64,000 nucleotides of DNA from Oopsacas minuta (lineage: Eukaryota > Animalia > Porifera). The stretch is taken from the NCBI GenBank assembly GCA_024704765.1, contig JAKMXF010000022.1:186001-250000 (forward strand). The letters are read 5' to 3'. The notes below the pieces were generated by a model. It had not been told where the DNA came from. It ran no database searches and was given only the letters and a program-made list of their open reading frames with translations. Positions within the stretch are counted from its first letter, which is position 1, and every line of letters starts with the position of its first letter. A program made the position numbers and the translations under genes. Positions 19,087 through 34,000 of this stretch are shown one piece after another.

Positions 19087-22000
19087 ATGTATGTGACTAT
19101 GTTTTTGATTATTTTATTTTGCTCTCCTCTCGTCCAATCTCAAACGTGCAATGACATAACACTCGAGTTCACTGGTGTTGGAGCTGGTGGATACTCACAC
19201 AGTACTACCTTTCCAGAAGATGGTGATCCTGTCAAAATCGTGCCAGATAATGTAATTTTTACATCTACCACTAACATACTCAGTATTCAGATCGTTTTAG
19301 GTTTGTTTACTATTATCTCACGTCGTTACGCTCATGGATAATTATTTTATTTCATATTTGATGTGTTTGTATTTTTAGGAATATTTCGCTTCTCGGGTAC
19401 AGTCCCAGACAGTGAAAAAATTTTTATTCCTACCAATGATAGTTTCACACAGTTTGTAATAAATTATGGTGAAATACCCAATACTCTCTATATCAGGGCT
19501 GTAGATACCCAAGGGCTACCTGCCGGGGAATATATTGCACCATTACAAGAGATTGAATTCATATTGTATGGGGAACCACAGCCCCAAGAGAACAGATTTA
19601 CTATCTTTGCCATATTCGCTGCTTCAACAATTCCTTGCTTCATAGACTCAAGTGAGTATATTTGCGATTATTTACTTCAATAATTATTTATAGTTTATAT
19701 TGTTTGCTCCCTCTAGCTTCCGCGGGTACTCTCATATTCTTAGATCTAATCAATGATCCGCCAGAGCTAAACTTGTTCGGAGACTTTACTGAAACTAGAC
19801 AAGAATTTGTTTTTACTATTGGAAGAGATACTTCCATTCCATTCTATATTCCTCCAGTGGAGCTATTTGATCATGATTCTGAATTTATTTGTAATCTTAC
19901 AGTAAGTTTATTAGTAATTTCCCTACAAATCATTGATTACTGTGACTATTCCCACTAGGTACTCCTAACTAATCGTACAAGTATGAATGAAGTACTTGTG
20001 ACGTCATCTTCCCTCCCCTTTACTAATGCAACTCTATCATCTTCCTCCTATCAACTGGTTCTAGACTTCTCTCCCTCTGGCATGTCTTTCTCTGTACTGG
20101 AAGATGCTATTGAATCCCTCACCTATGAAAATACGGACAATCCCTCTGTTATTGGAGAACGTTATATTTATACTTCTGTTTCTGATTGTAAGTTTACTCA
20201 ATACTATTCAGGAATACATTTCAATTTATTGGAGCCATTTGGAAGGGAAGGAGACGGAAATATCTGGATCCCTGGGGCCGTTATATGTTGAAATATTTGT
20301 AACAATAACTTAAGTGTAATTATTTTATCGATTTATCCTCTAGGCTTTGCATATAGCGCTCTATACATCTCTACTATACTGGTTGTATTCCCGAATGACA
20401 ACACTCCATTGTTTGATTCTCCTAGCTATACCTTCTCAATACTAGAGAATTCAGCTGCTCAGACTCCAGTAGGGAGTGTAATAGCTACTGACGGAGACGA
20501 TCCCACTAGTCCACAGGGACAAATAGAATACAGTCTTATAGGATTTGAAACTCAGTTTTCTATAAATACAGAAACTGGTGAGTAATTATCTTTGTTTACT
20601 CATTTTCACCTGTCAGATTGTTATAATTGTTATAATTTAATTTTTGTGTTCTATTTTCTAGGTTTGATCAGAAGTAATCTTGTCCTAGACAGAGAAGCTA
20701 AACCCGATTACTTATTAACAGTAGTTGTTACAGATAAACCTCCTTTCCTTCCTAAATCTTCTACAGTTAGTTATATACTACTGCTGATACAATTTTAACA
20801 TTAATAACACGTAATTATGTGTAGGTTAGCGTTACTGTGCTTGTGGGTGATGAAAACGATAACCATCCTCAGATAATCCTCTCTACTCTCTTGATAGTAG
20901 TACCTGAGGATACTGTTGTATCAGGAGGGGGTGTGGTTATTGGTACCATCCGTGCGACGGATAATGACGATCCTAACACGGTTAATTCTCAGATTGTCTT
21001 CAGTTCACTTGACAATACAGATCCTTTCGTTATCAATATCGATGGCTCTGTCACTCTCACCTCTCCGCTAGACTTTGAGAATCAAACTAATTATGAATTT
21101 ACTGTTACTGCTACAGATGGAGGTAAACATATATTATATAACATTATTTATGGGCACCCTAATCGCTATTATTTCTTAATTAGGAGTTAACCAAAGATCA
21201 GTCACAGACATGCTCACTATTCAGGTGTTGAATACAAACGATGAATGTCCTGTATTCATACATGATGACGGTATAGGAGGTAGCATTAGATACACGCAGG
21301 AAGGCTCTGTGATAATAGCAGGGGATGATATAACTCTTAGTGATCCTGATGATGACGTCATCGCTGGTGTTACAATACAAATGTTATCTGATGATGATCC
21401 TGTAAGTATTTTGAATAAATATTCTTCTTCTAGGCATGGATAATATTTGATTAAATCTTGTTTCTTAGCCAAGGAGTTATCCCGTGGATGCTGCTTACTG
21501 TCGCTATGGTTCCACAACAGACCCTGAATTCTGTCTACCGTCTAGTTCCAATAAAATAGAGCTACTTACTCTACCTACACTACTGAGATCATATACTGGA
21601 TCCAATCCTGGTAGCAGCTCTTTTGCCAGTGACAGGTCAGTAATCTCTAATCAACACATCAATACTACAGTATGGTATTCCTCAGTATGGTATTCCTCAG
21701 TATGGTATTCCTCAGTATGGTATTCCTAAGTTCCTTAAACACAAGTACTTCTTAATTTATTAATCAAATTTTTCAATGAAGCGATTTATTTATTTCGAAT
21801 AGATAACGTATGAACATTTTAGACATTTTATTCCTTGAATTACTCAGAGATAGAATCTCTGAATTGACTAAAAATATTTCAAATTGGTAAGCAAATTCTT
21901 TTCTTATACAAATGTTTTACCGTTTAAATAGTCTGATCCTCCCGCCATGTAAACAAGTATCACTATATCACTTTATGTTCTATAGAGAATATCAGACAAT

Positions 22001-25000
22001 CTCTTCCGATCACTACCTCGAGTTGACTGACATAACAACTCTCTCTCCTCCAGAGAACCCACTCACTGATAACTTCACCTTCACAACTTGGATATACATA
22101 GAGGATACCACAACTGACTATGAGTATCTATTCAGTATTAATAGCGGCCTTAATCGTTATCTGGCATTCACTATAGCTAAGTCAAATCGGTTTGAGGTAT
22201 ACTATCGAGGCACAAACACACTGGTATCAGTCAGTAGACAGATTGTTAGAGTCAACTTTAACCTGGATCCCCCCTTCTTAAAAGACACCTGGCATTTCAT
22301 TTCAGTAACCATGTTGTATCCTAACATAGACGTTAGTATAAACTGCAAACAGATCTCTCCTTTTAGAGTTGTATACTTTGATACTAGCAACAACAAGATG
22401 ATTGATAACGACAATCTTGTTATGCCATTTCCTTTTGCTAATTTTTCAAATTCAGCTGTGGTAAGTATTACACACACAAATAACTTGATGTTATTGTGTT
22501 GTTATTTTGATTTATGTATACGTATAGACTGCATATATATTCACAAGACAGAGCAAGTCTCAGTACACCACACAGGGGAGAGAAATCCTTCCTACATTCC
22601 ATCGTCGCATTTTAACTTTTGAGGAAGTGTGTTGCCTCGCATCTTGTGGTCACTTATTCGATGCTACTGTCCCTGGTGGGGTTACTAAATCCTTTGACGG
22701 AGTTACTCGTACTCTCACGCTTTCAGGGGAAGCATCATTATCTGAATACCATGATATCGTAAAGAGTTTAACTTACAGCAATTTGAATCTGGATCCTGAT
22801 TCTGATGAAACAGTTCGATTCCAGGTTTGAATATTTCCAATTTATTGTCTGATAAAGATATATCTGTTCATTTATATTTCATTTTGATTGTAGGCTTACG
22901 ATTCGGTATGTCTTGGCCCCTCATTAGATGTTCCTCTCGTGATTGATGTGTCTAATTTCAACCCACCAATCCTCTTCCTGAATGGATCAGAACAGCAGAA
23001 CATATCAATAGAGTTCAGAGAGACTCCTGTACTTCCTCGTGAAGCAATACCAATAACAACACCAGATAGTATCATAACAGATTTAGATACAATAGCACCT
23101 CGTATCAATAATATTACAGTATCATTGATTGGAGCAGTAGACCTGACTGAACAGATTATATTTTCTGACGTGCTCTCTCATCCCAGTACTATAGTAGCCA
23201 ATAGAGACAGTCTTACTGAGATCACGCTAGTAGCCCTGGCAACTCCTACTGTTGCACATTTTCTTGCTATTCTAAATGACATACGTTATTCTAACGACGA
23301 ACAAGAACCATTCCCCGCACAGAGAATAGTTGAGTTCAGAACTTCAGATGATCGCTTCACAAGTCTTTCTATCACTACTATCGATGTGATTGAAGTTAAT
23401 GATATACCAGTTCTATTCCTCAGCTCTGCTATGGTGACAGATACTGTTCTTGCTAGTTACACACAAGGAGCTCTGCCTGTACTGTTCATATTCGGAGCTA
23501 GCATTGTTGATATAGATAGTAATATTGTTAATGCTGTGATTACAATACAAACATTTGACAGTGGAGAGGAGATCATTTCTGTGAGCCAGAGAGAAGCTGA
23601 TGATAATGGCATTACCTTCAGTACAACTACAAATGTAGGGGGAACAGGTGAGTTATACGGTAGAAACAAGAGACATTCATAAATCTGAATACTATTGAAA
23701 TCATAGGCGAAATACTAAATTTTAATTAAAGAAAACCCAAAAATAAGATTGCTTGTATACAGAAAACACAAATATAATATTTAATTGGAAAGTTAAACTC
23801 TCCCCGAGTCAATGGGTGTGCATGTGATTGAAATTTTGTATTATCTGTATAGTAGTTACACAGATTAACGAGAATCTACCTTATATGTAGTATATGTATC
23901 ATTTTACAATAATTATATACATCTATATTACAGGTACATTCAGTGTATTGACTCTAGAAGGCAATACTACTCCTGATTCATTTGCTCGGGTGTTACAGAC
24001 AGTTTCTTACATACACACGGGGCGTGGAACTGGATCCTCAGATGATCCCCGGGATGTTGAGATTTACGTAACAGACTCGAGAGGAGGTGTTAGTAAAGCC
24101 AGACTAGCTTCCATAACGCTATTTGTCAAAACTCTAATCAAATATTTCCTTAACTATCCTACTGACACGAATTTATTTAACACAACATTCTGTGAAGATG
24201 GTCCTGATGTTCCTATCGTGGGTAACGTGTTATTCTCCATTTCTGAGTCTATACCAACTAATATCATTGAGCTCAGAGTTCGTATTAACGAGCCAATTAT
24301 TGATGATGATGATCTATTGATTGATAGGGTACCAGCTGATAAAATTATCATTGCTAATAGTCAGCTATCATTAGAGATCAATACAGCTCAGAAGTTTATC
24401 ATAGTCTCTGGTATCGCATCACAAATTCCTTATCAGAATCTCTCACGTATGTTGAAATGAATAGTTAGTTTAATATACACTAAACTCCCATTATCTCGAA
24501 GCTTAAGGGATCGCGACAATCAATTCGATATAACCGATGACATTTATGTACTCTGATTTTGGCACTTTCGTTTGGGACTTTATTTGTTAATTTCAGACTT
24601 CAATATAAATGGGTATTTCGATATATCCTTGCTCGTTATAACGGAAGATTTGATTAATTACGCTATCTATGTACTTGTATTACAGAGTTGATGTCTTACC
24701 ACAATCCTGAGAACCCAATAGGAGAGCCAGAAGTCTTGGAGCGTCTGATTGAATGGTCCGTGAGTGATACAGATCCTGACACTATATACTTTGGTATAAC
24801 CCGAGTATCAATCTTGCTTAAGAACGATAACCCGCCAACTATTACTAACATAGAGACCAGCATCCCAGTCCTTGAGAACATTACAGTACCTTCTTTGATA
24901 TACGTGCTCACAGGATCTGATCTGGATACAGGGATAGATGGAGAATTCTATTTTCTGTTACAAAAAATAGACTCTGTGAATAAGTTCAATCTACAGAGTA

Positions 25001-28000
25001 CTGGAGAATTGTATGTGTTAGAGAGTCTAGATTATGAAACACAGACTACTCACTCTATCATAGTTACCATTATGGATAATGGTATGTTAGTATATGTGTG
25101 ATTATGATTAATACGATTATTAAATATTCTAATTAGGAACAACACAATGTGATGGTCCTGGGCCTCTACAGACAAATTACTCCATTACAATAGCAGTTCA
25201 GGATATTAACGATAATCCTCCTATCTTCAACTCTCCTTTATTCGCAGAATTTGAGGAGAGCAGAACTGGATATGTTGTCACTCCCAATGTAACAGATGCT
25301 GATTCAGGAGTTAATGCTATATTCACTCTAACTATCGCGTCAGGTAACACAGTGGTGTTCACTATAGTCAATGGACTGGATATACACGTGCTTATGGAGC
25401 TAGACTATGAAACACAAACTAATTACACACTACAACTAGAAGCAGTGGACCAGGGATATCCCTCTCTTACTTCTCTCACTAACTATATTATACAAGTTAT
25501 AAATGTTAACGATGTACCTCCTGTATTTATCCAGCCTCCTCTTTCCGCTACATTAGTCGTAAGTGTATCAGAGAATACACTACAGCAGGACATATTTATA
25601 CTGGAGGCTTTTGATGGAGATGCTCCCCCCTTCAATGAGATACGATTCTACTTTGCTCTTAACGTCCCTCAATTAGTTCTACAACACTTCTCTATTGACC
25701 CTATTACTGGAGGATGTGATGTAGTAGTAGCAGTAGACCGTGAGAGTACCCCTCAGTTTAAATTTGATGTACAGGCGTTTGATGGAACCTTTAACACTAC
25801 TGCTACCGTACAGATTGATATAGCTGATGTTAATGACAATCCTTCTGTTTTCCAACCTCCTTTCCAACTGTCTGTTCCAGAGAATGCCAGTAATGATACC
25901 TTAGTTGGTACTCTTCGCTTTACGGATGATGACATACCTCCTAACGATGCTGCCACCTTAATTATAATGAATACTCTCCTTCCCTTCAAATTGGAGATGA
26001 TTGATGGTCAGTCTGCTCGTCTGCTCGTGGCTGGAGAACTTGATTATGAAACGGTACCGAATTACACAGTTGTCATAATCGCAATAGACATAAACGGAAA
26101 CATGTAAGTTATAATACAGTTGATAATTACTACAATATTATTTCTTACTGCTTGTGTGTAGAGTCAATCAGAGTTATTTTGTACATATCTTAAACGTTGA
26201 TGACAGTGCTCCTATCATTCTATTAGACGTATCTTCTCGTACTATTTCTGAGAGTACTGTACAACCTATGACGTCAGATGTTTTCTCAGAAGCTACTGTG
26301 TTTGATCCTGACTTATTGCCTGTACGCTACTTGACGGTAGGAGTAGCAGATGAGAATGATGAGTTATTTTCACTTCCTCGCTGTACTCCAGATGGAATAG
26401 CTGATTCTTGTGGAGATGCTTTAACCAATCCTTTAACTGCAGAGTGTATCACTAATTGCGGATACTATCTCAATCTAGATGCTGCTAGCTTTCCGCAACT
26501 ACAGATATCTCTTGATGGGCCATTAGGAATATTGGAAATCATCTCTCTATCATGTAAGCATATATATACGATATATTCAATAAATATTGACTATCCAATT
26601 AAATAATATTCTCTCCTCGTGTAGCTATATCTGTGGAAGAGATGAGCAGTGTACTTCAAGCAATAGAGTACTTGGACTTACGAGATGAGCCAGGAGACTT
26701 AAACATTAGAATAATTGCACAAGCTGGTGACAACTTCCAATTCGGGCCATTCTCTGCTTTCGATATCACCATACAGCCTGTTAATGATCAAGCCCCAGTG
26801 CTAGATTTGAGTGCAAGTGAGAATACAACTTATAATATCCTAGGAAGAATTGATTACTATGAGGAATCTGGTGCTCAGACCTTCTCGACTGATCCTTCCA
26901 TATTTGATGCTGATCTACACACAGAATTTGAGGTATTTGAATAATACCTTAATTGTATCAATAGCAATTTATTTATGACTATTGTCTGCAGGTCGTTTCT
27001 ATTATTGGATTTCTAACTGGTGAAAACGTCCTATCTCCCTCTATTAGCTATAATGTATCATTCAATAGGACAGAAGCATTAGACTTCTTACGTGATTATC
27101 CATTCGAAGATTCCAGAAATGAACCAGGGATGTGTTGGAATGCTACAGATACTCAGTTGGATATTTCTGTTGTCATAAATGACAATACATTTGACAGCAA
27201 TCCTGCTATAATATATGTATTGATCATTTGTATAAACGATGCTCCTATCTTAGACCTAGATATACTCAATCCTGGGATTGATAGTGTATTTGTCTTCGTA
27301 GAAGATTTTCTATATTCTCCCGTATTCAATGCTTCAGTTATATCATTCACTGATTCAGATTCCACTCTCTTCCATAATGCGACTGTGTCTCTCACGAATC
27401 GTAAGGATGGGCCAGAATATCTATCCTTCTACCACTCAGGTGTAGGACTAGACTATACCATATATGGTAATAATTCTGAAGTAATATCGTTCTATAGTCA
27501 GCAAGGGATTACAGCACAAACAGTAAATCACTGGATATATAGCATAACTAATAAACTGATTTATTTCTCCTTCATTCTAGGTATTGCAGTTCTTCTCTTG
27601 GGTGTATTATGTGAATTCTGAGATTAACTTAACCTGTTCAGCTCGAACTATTGAGACAGCTGTATTTGATGGAGAGGACCTCAGTCTAACAGCTGTAACT
27701 CGTGTAGTATTCCAATGTCAGAATGATTTTCCTGAATTATATTTGGATGTTGCTAATATGCAGAAAAACATCAATGTATCCTTTACAGAAGGCTCAAACA
27801 CACCCGTACAGCTGTTCTCTACTATATTCTTGAGAGATATAGATTCAGCTTTTCTGATGTATGCTCAGATTACTGTGCTTGATAAAGTACAAACAAATGA
27901 AGGTATTTGTGGAAATATTTCTAAATATCATATAGTCTTAATGCATTACTATAGGTATTACGATTGATTTGGTAACAACTCAAAAAAGTGTTAACAAGAG

Positions 28001-31000
28001 TGGGTTAGCTCCTCTCTCTGAGTACTTAGCATTCCTGACGTCATCACTATTCTACTTATCTATTGAAGATGAGCTGGTAGGAGATTCTAGGATAGTATCA
28101 GTATACGTGGTAGACTCAGAAGGAGATCTAAGTGAGACCGTATATGCTTTTATTCAACTGATACACGTGTGTGACCATCCTCCAGTCCCGGAGCAGTCCA
28201 CATACTTTCCACAGACCCGAGAAGATGTCAGCAATGGAGTTACACTTCAGAGGATTGTCTTCACTGATGCTGACTTAGGACCAACTAATGCTGTCACTTG
28301 TGAAGTATCTAGCAGTGTTGATCCATGGGTTGAGTTCTCTATTCAACAACCTGGTGATCTAATCTGTGACGTAATAGCTACTTCCAATCACTCAGCTCCG
28401 TTTGACTATGAGAGACTGACAAATTATAATCTTCTGGTTATAGCTACAGGAGTAGATGTCTACAAGCTAATGTTCTTATTGAGTTATCGGTAAGTAATTA
28501 TATGTCTCTATATTTATAATTACAATTTTATTTTGCTTCATTCTCAGATTATAGATGTGAATGATAATATTCCTTATCTAACCGAAAACACGACTGTATA
28601 CATCCCTGAGACACAGATTGATAATGCTTTTGGTAATTTCTGTTTCCATATTTATACTTTCACTGCAAGCGATGATGATGGAACTTCACCAAACAATCAA
28701 TTTACATTCTCTCTTCTTAGTGAGTTATTTGTATTTGATTTGATTTAGTTTGTTTTATTCTATTTATTCTTAATCCAGATGCTGATCCTATCGATGTCTA
28801 TGACGTAATATCAAACGGAAACCTCTGCATCACGCAACATCTAGACAGAGAGACAGATGGCATTGATTACGTCACCATACAAGTACAAGATCTCGGCTCT
28901 CCCTCTCTCAACTCCAACCAGACATTCACTGTTGTTATTACAGACAGGAATGACAATGTCCCTCAACTATTCTCAACAATAGAGCCTTATTATGTAGAGG
29001 AAGATGCTAGTTTATTTGATGTTGTAGAAGTGATTGACGTAATAGATTTAGATATCGGTATCAATGAAGAAGTTATATACACTTTAGAGGATATTCTGGT
29101 ACCCGGGAGAGAGGGCTTTACTCTTGAAACATTTGAGTACCTTCCATATCCTAATCAGCTGATTCAGAGATCTAGTCTATTAGTTAATGCTTCACTTGAC
29201 TTTGAAGCTGTCCAGAACTATTTGCTCTTACTGACACTCATTAATCCTTCTTCTTTTGATGGTATTAGCCTAGAACCATTGCAAGTTAGTAACTTTATTT
29301 TCTCGAATAATAGTAGGAACATAAATATTAGCACACTAATCTCTAGGTAATGATTAACATAACAATAGTTGATGTGAATGATAACTCTCCTTCCTTTGTA
29401 ATATCTGCATACAATTTCAGTATCTATGAAAATCAAGATGCTTTTACAGATATTGGAATGGTTCAAGCTACAGATCTAGATTCAGGGTTAATCAAGAATT
29501 AACATACTTTGTTGTAAACGGATCACTTCCTTTTACATTTTCTGACAATAGTCTACAAACTCTAGAACCTTTGGATAGGGAGGAACAAGCATCTTACACT
29601 ATTCAGGTTAATACACGCCTCATATATACTTTAATTTATGTATATTATTAAATTTATACATTTATAATTTAGATTGGAGCTGTCGATTCAGGGACCCCTC
29701 CATTGACTGGCTATGCTACGGTGGAATTAACTATTCTAGACGAAAACGACAATATACCTACTTTCCTGAATACTCCCTACAATGTGTCAATACCTGAGAA
29801 TAATAGCATTGTAGTCGGTAAGTTTATATTGGTTTGTAAAGATGAGGATATATCTTATCTTCTATTCCTGTAGACTCATTCCTATTCCAAGTGGATGCTT
29901 CAGATAATGACATATTCAACAATGCTGTATTAAACTTTTCGCTCGTGACAGCTTATCCAAGTTTCACATTTAGCTATTTCGAATTTACTTACACTCAAAA
30001 CAAAAGCAATCTTACACAACAACGCTGTATCAGTATCAACCAGGTTATAGATCGTGAATTGACTGGTGACGTAATAATTCTAACTATCCGTGTTAGAGAT
30101 GGTGGAATGCCCTCTCTAGCTTCTCTGACTAATATCACGTTTTATATTGAGGAACTGAACGATGAGAGACCTGTATTCGACTCAGGCAGTATGATAAATT
30201 TTATGATTAGAGAAGACATTGCAGAATACTATCAGTTGACATCATATATTGCTGATGACCCTGACAAGTTTCCTTTTCTAACATACTCTATCGAGCCATT
30301 AGGTATCCCATTTGCTATCTTCCCTTATAACGGAACCCTATATGTAATGTCGGGAATTGACTATGAAGAAAATCAGCAATATACCTTTTTGGTTATTGTA
30401 GAAGATAAGGGAAGTGAAACGGGCAAGCAGAGCGATATTCTCATTGTTAAAATCGATATTTTGGATGCAAACGATAACTGTCCTAATATCACTAATCTTC
30501 CTCTCTCCTCTCCCATTCAGGTAATGTATTTATGAATACATCATCTAGTTCATTCCTATTGTGTTATTCTGTTGTTATGTGTTAATAGATTAACGAGAAT
30601 ATTGATATTAGTACTGAAGTATATACCGTAGATGTGATAGACTTAGATCTTGATGATGCCAGTGGTAACAATGTAATTTCGTTTTCAATAGCGGAAAATG
30701 GTGATGCTCTTCTCTACCACTTTGCTATAGACACGCGGACAGGAGTTATAACAACTAACAATACGATTGACAGGGAAATAAAGTCATACTATTCCCTAAC
30801 TATAATTGTACAAGATAATCCTACTAGTTTATTTGATTCCCCTTGTATCAGATCTGAACCTATTGAGATTAGAATCTTAGACCTAAATGACAATGATCCT
30901 ACATGTATTTTCAACGAGACTACTATTCCTTTGATAGAAGATTTGTATGAGTTTGGCCCTAAAGTGCTTATCATCGATCTAGCAGACTCTTGTTTTGATA

Positions 31001-34000
31001 TTGATCTTGGTAAGATTTACTAAATGCATAGTTAACTATACGTATATTCTATCTATGTTATCTTCTGTAGGTCTTAATGCACTGCTGAGGTACAACCTTC
31101 TATCTGGAAACACTGGATCTGTGTTTAGCTTGAATAATACTTCTGGTGAATTAGAACAGATCGCATTCCTAGACAGAGAAATTCTAGACATATATTATCT
31201 AGTGATAGAAGTGAGAGATGTTGGAGTTGTGTTCTCAAGGCTTATAACATTTACACTAACAATATTAATCATGGATCTTAACGATAATACACCAATAATA
31301 ACTCCTGAGACTGCTAGTAAAGGCGTCAGCGAGACTACCATCGTAAACACCTTACTTATTGAATTCTCTCTCCTAGACAGAGATATTCTTATGAACTCAC
31401 AACTCCTGCTTGAAGTAGATTCTCCAGTATTTGGAGTCAGACCTGATGACGTGTCTGGTTAGATTAATTATTAACAATTAACTCTTAATTTTTTTCACAA
31501 TTGATGATTTTATTATTCTTCTCTTATATAGCAAATCCTGAAGTGAAAGTAGAGCTATTTCTGAATCAGGGGCTTGACTTTGAAGCAATACAGCGATATG
31601 ACATAACACTAACTGTTCGAGATCAGGGCTCCGTACCAAGATACAACTCTGTTAACATAACAATAATTGTACTTGATGTTAACGACAATCCAACTAATAT
31701 TACTTCTATTCCTGGGATCATACTGCATTACTGTGAAGATCAAGAACCTGCACCTATTTTCATTGGCACTATTAGCGATCTAGATTCTCTAGACTATTAC
31801 GGACTATCTGTCATGATCAGCAATCCTATCAACTCAGGTTTGGAAATATTAGATGTTGATCTAACAGGAATAGCTGCATTAAAGTACTACGATATTACTA
31901 CGCACTCCCTGTTTGTGATTGGTACATTGAGTCCAGATATCTACGATACTATCTTATCCCTGGTTGTATATGAGAACTTGGCAAATGAATTCACTGGGAC
32001 ATACAGAAATCTAGATATTTATATTGAGACTGACGTAATTACTAACATCCCAGATCTCCCCTCATTCAACTACACAATTAACCCTAATACGCTGATTGGT
32101 AATCCTGAATTAGCTGATATATTTGATAATTTACAACAAAATGTAAGTTGTGTCATACTTGTACTTTACTTAGTGCTTGTTCGTTTTACCTTAATTTTCA
32201 AATTTCTATCACTTCGCTTATACTACACTGTTCTACAGGTGATGAATATTGCACTCTTTTCTACAACTCTGGTGTTGAATTGCGTTAATGATGCACCTGA
32301 ACTTCTCGGTGATTCAGTTCTGAGTCCAATTGACGAGGACACACAAACCAGAATGTATTTAGTTAGAGAATTGACAACTCCGATCACTACAGACGATAAG
32401 AAGAACGGATGTGAATTCGACATTCCCCCACCTCCCCAATTGGGACTTGTCTTTGTAGATGTACCAACTGAACACACAGTATATATCGGTCACCGTTATG
32501 AATTTTATGTTACTTATCCTCCCTTCCTTGATGATATATTAGTCACACTGATCCTACATTCTAATGAGACAGTAGAAGTACAAGTAGAGGGTCTAGGTAA
32601 GAATTCTTGTAATTTGGGCCAAATAATACTTAATATATTGAATTTTTGATTTTGTAGAAGTCCGAGAATTATCATTCACTTTGAGGATGATACTAACATA
32701 CAATAACCAGCCTGTTATCATTGATTGTGAATTTATAGTCACCGAATCTGAACTAGAAGTAAATGGTCTTACCTTTCAGATAACTATTAACAATATAATA
32801 TATCCACTAGTTGTACTGCCAGGAGATGAAACTACCATTTATAGATTCCCTGTACCACAGATAATACCATATATTTGGTCTATCCTAACATATACTGGAT
32901 CTGTTACAGTATTAGAGCCTAATGCTACTGCTCATGTTGCATTCTACCCTTTCTTCACTGCTCTATATAATCAGGCTGCGATTTCTGAAACGAATGCTAT
33001 TCAGATTCCAAGATTTGCTGCGATTAGGATTTCTCCTGCTGAGAATTTCTTCGGAGATATAAGTATAAAATTTAAGGTTTACGATGGCAACGCGTTTAAT
33101 ATGGTGGACTCAAATTGGTCTGATGGATTTGATACTACCATTCCATTCTCTGTATCTGGTTGTCCAGTTTCATTCCAATCAGGAAGATATAGCGATGATT
33201 ATAGATACATAAACTTGACAGTTAATCCAGTTAATGACCCACCAACTGTTGATTGTCCAGATTCTTATTTCACGTTTTATGACGGGTGCTCTGACGTCAA
33301 TATTGGAGGAGATATAATCGTTAATGATATTGATAATCCTGACCTGCAGTGGGCTAGAATTCGTATTAGTCCTGATAATGGTGCTTGTGACTTGGCCTTA
33401 GAGGTTAGTTAGTATAACTCGTATTTTCCCCGTCACAAGTAATTAATATTATTTCCACTTTAGAATCAAATCGATGATCTTTCATTCAACACTGCTCCTT
33501 GGTTCAACTTTATTACTGATACCAGTTTCGGCAATACCTCATGCTCTACAGTGAGGATTTCACTCAACAGTAGTCACACACAGTCGATCTACAAGACACT
33601 CAATAATATCTCATACAGTCCTGCTAACATAGAGCTATGGCAGTGCTATTTACAGCTAGCAGCCTTCAAGCCGGGAGCAGATGAACCTGAGTCATATACC
33701 AGAGCATTGTCTCTGTATGTATTTGATGGATTGAATGCTAGTGACAGCTGTCAGATAACAGTACAGGTAGTGCTTAAGAATGACAACCCCCCTGAATTAG
33801 ACACAGGTTAGTATTCATAGCAAATACGTACTATCACTTTAACCATCTACCCTATTTATTTTAGCTCAAGATTCATTGAACTACACAGAAGAGTCACCAG
33901 CTATCCTATTATTGCCTAACCTTTCTCTAACCGACAAAGATCTCAATTTTCCATTAGAAAAGGTAGAAATTATCTTGACACCTGATTGTGACTGTGTTCT

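Noticed and set aside
21484-21729. ORF-track peptide ending in SSVWY repeats
   Set aside because: Read-through past the donor at 21636 into an intronic 15-nt tandem repeat; not part of the spliced frame.
32143-32238. 96-nt stop-free intron that would insert a hydrophobic TM-like stretch if retained
   Set aside because: Strong GTAAGT donor and CAG acceptor; T-rich introns translate as hydrophobic by default; no evidence of retention.
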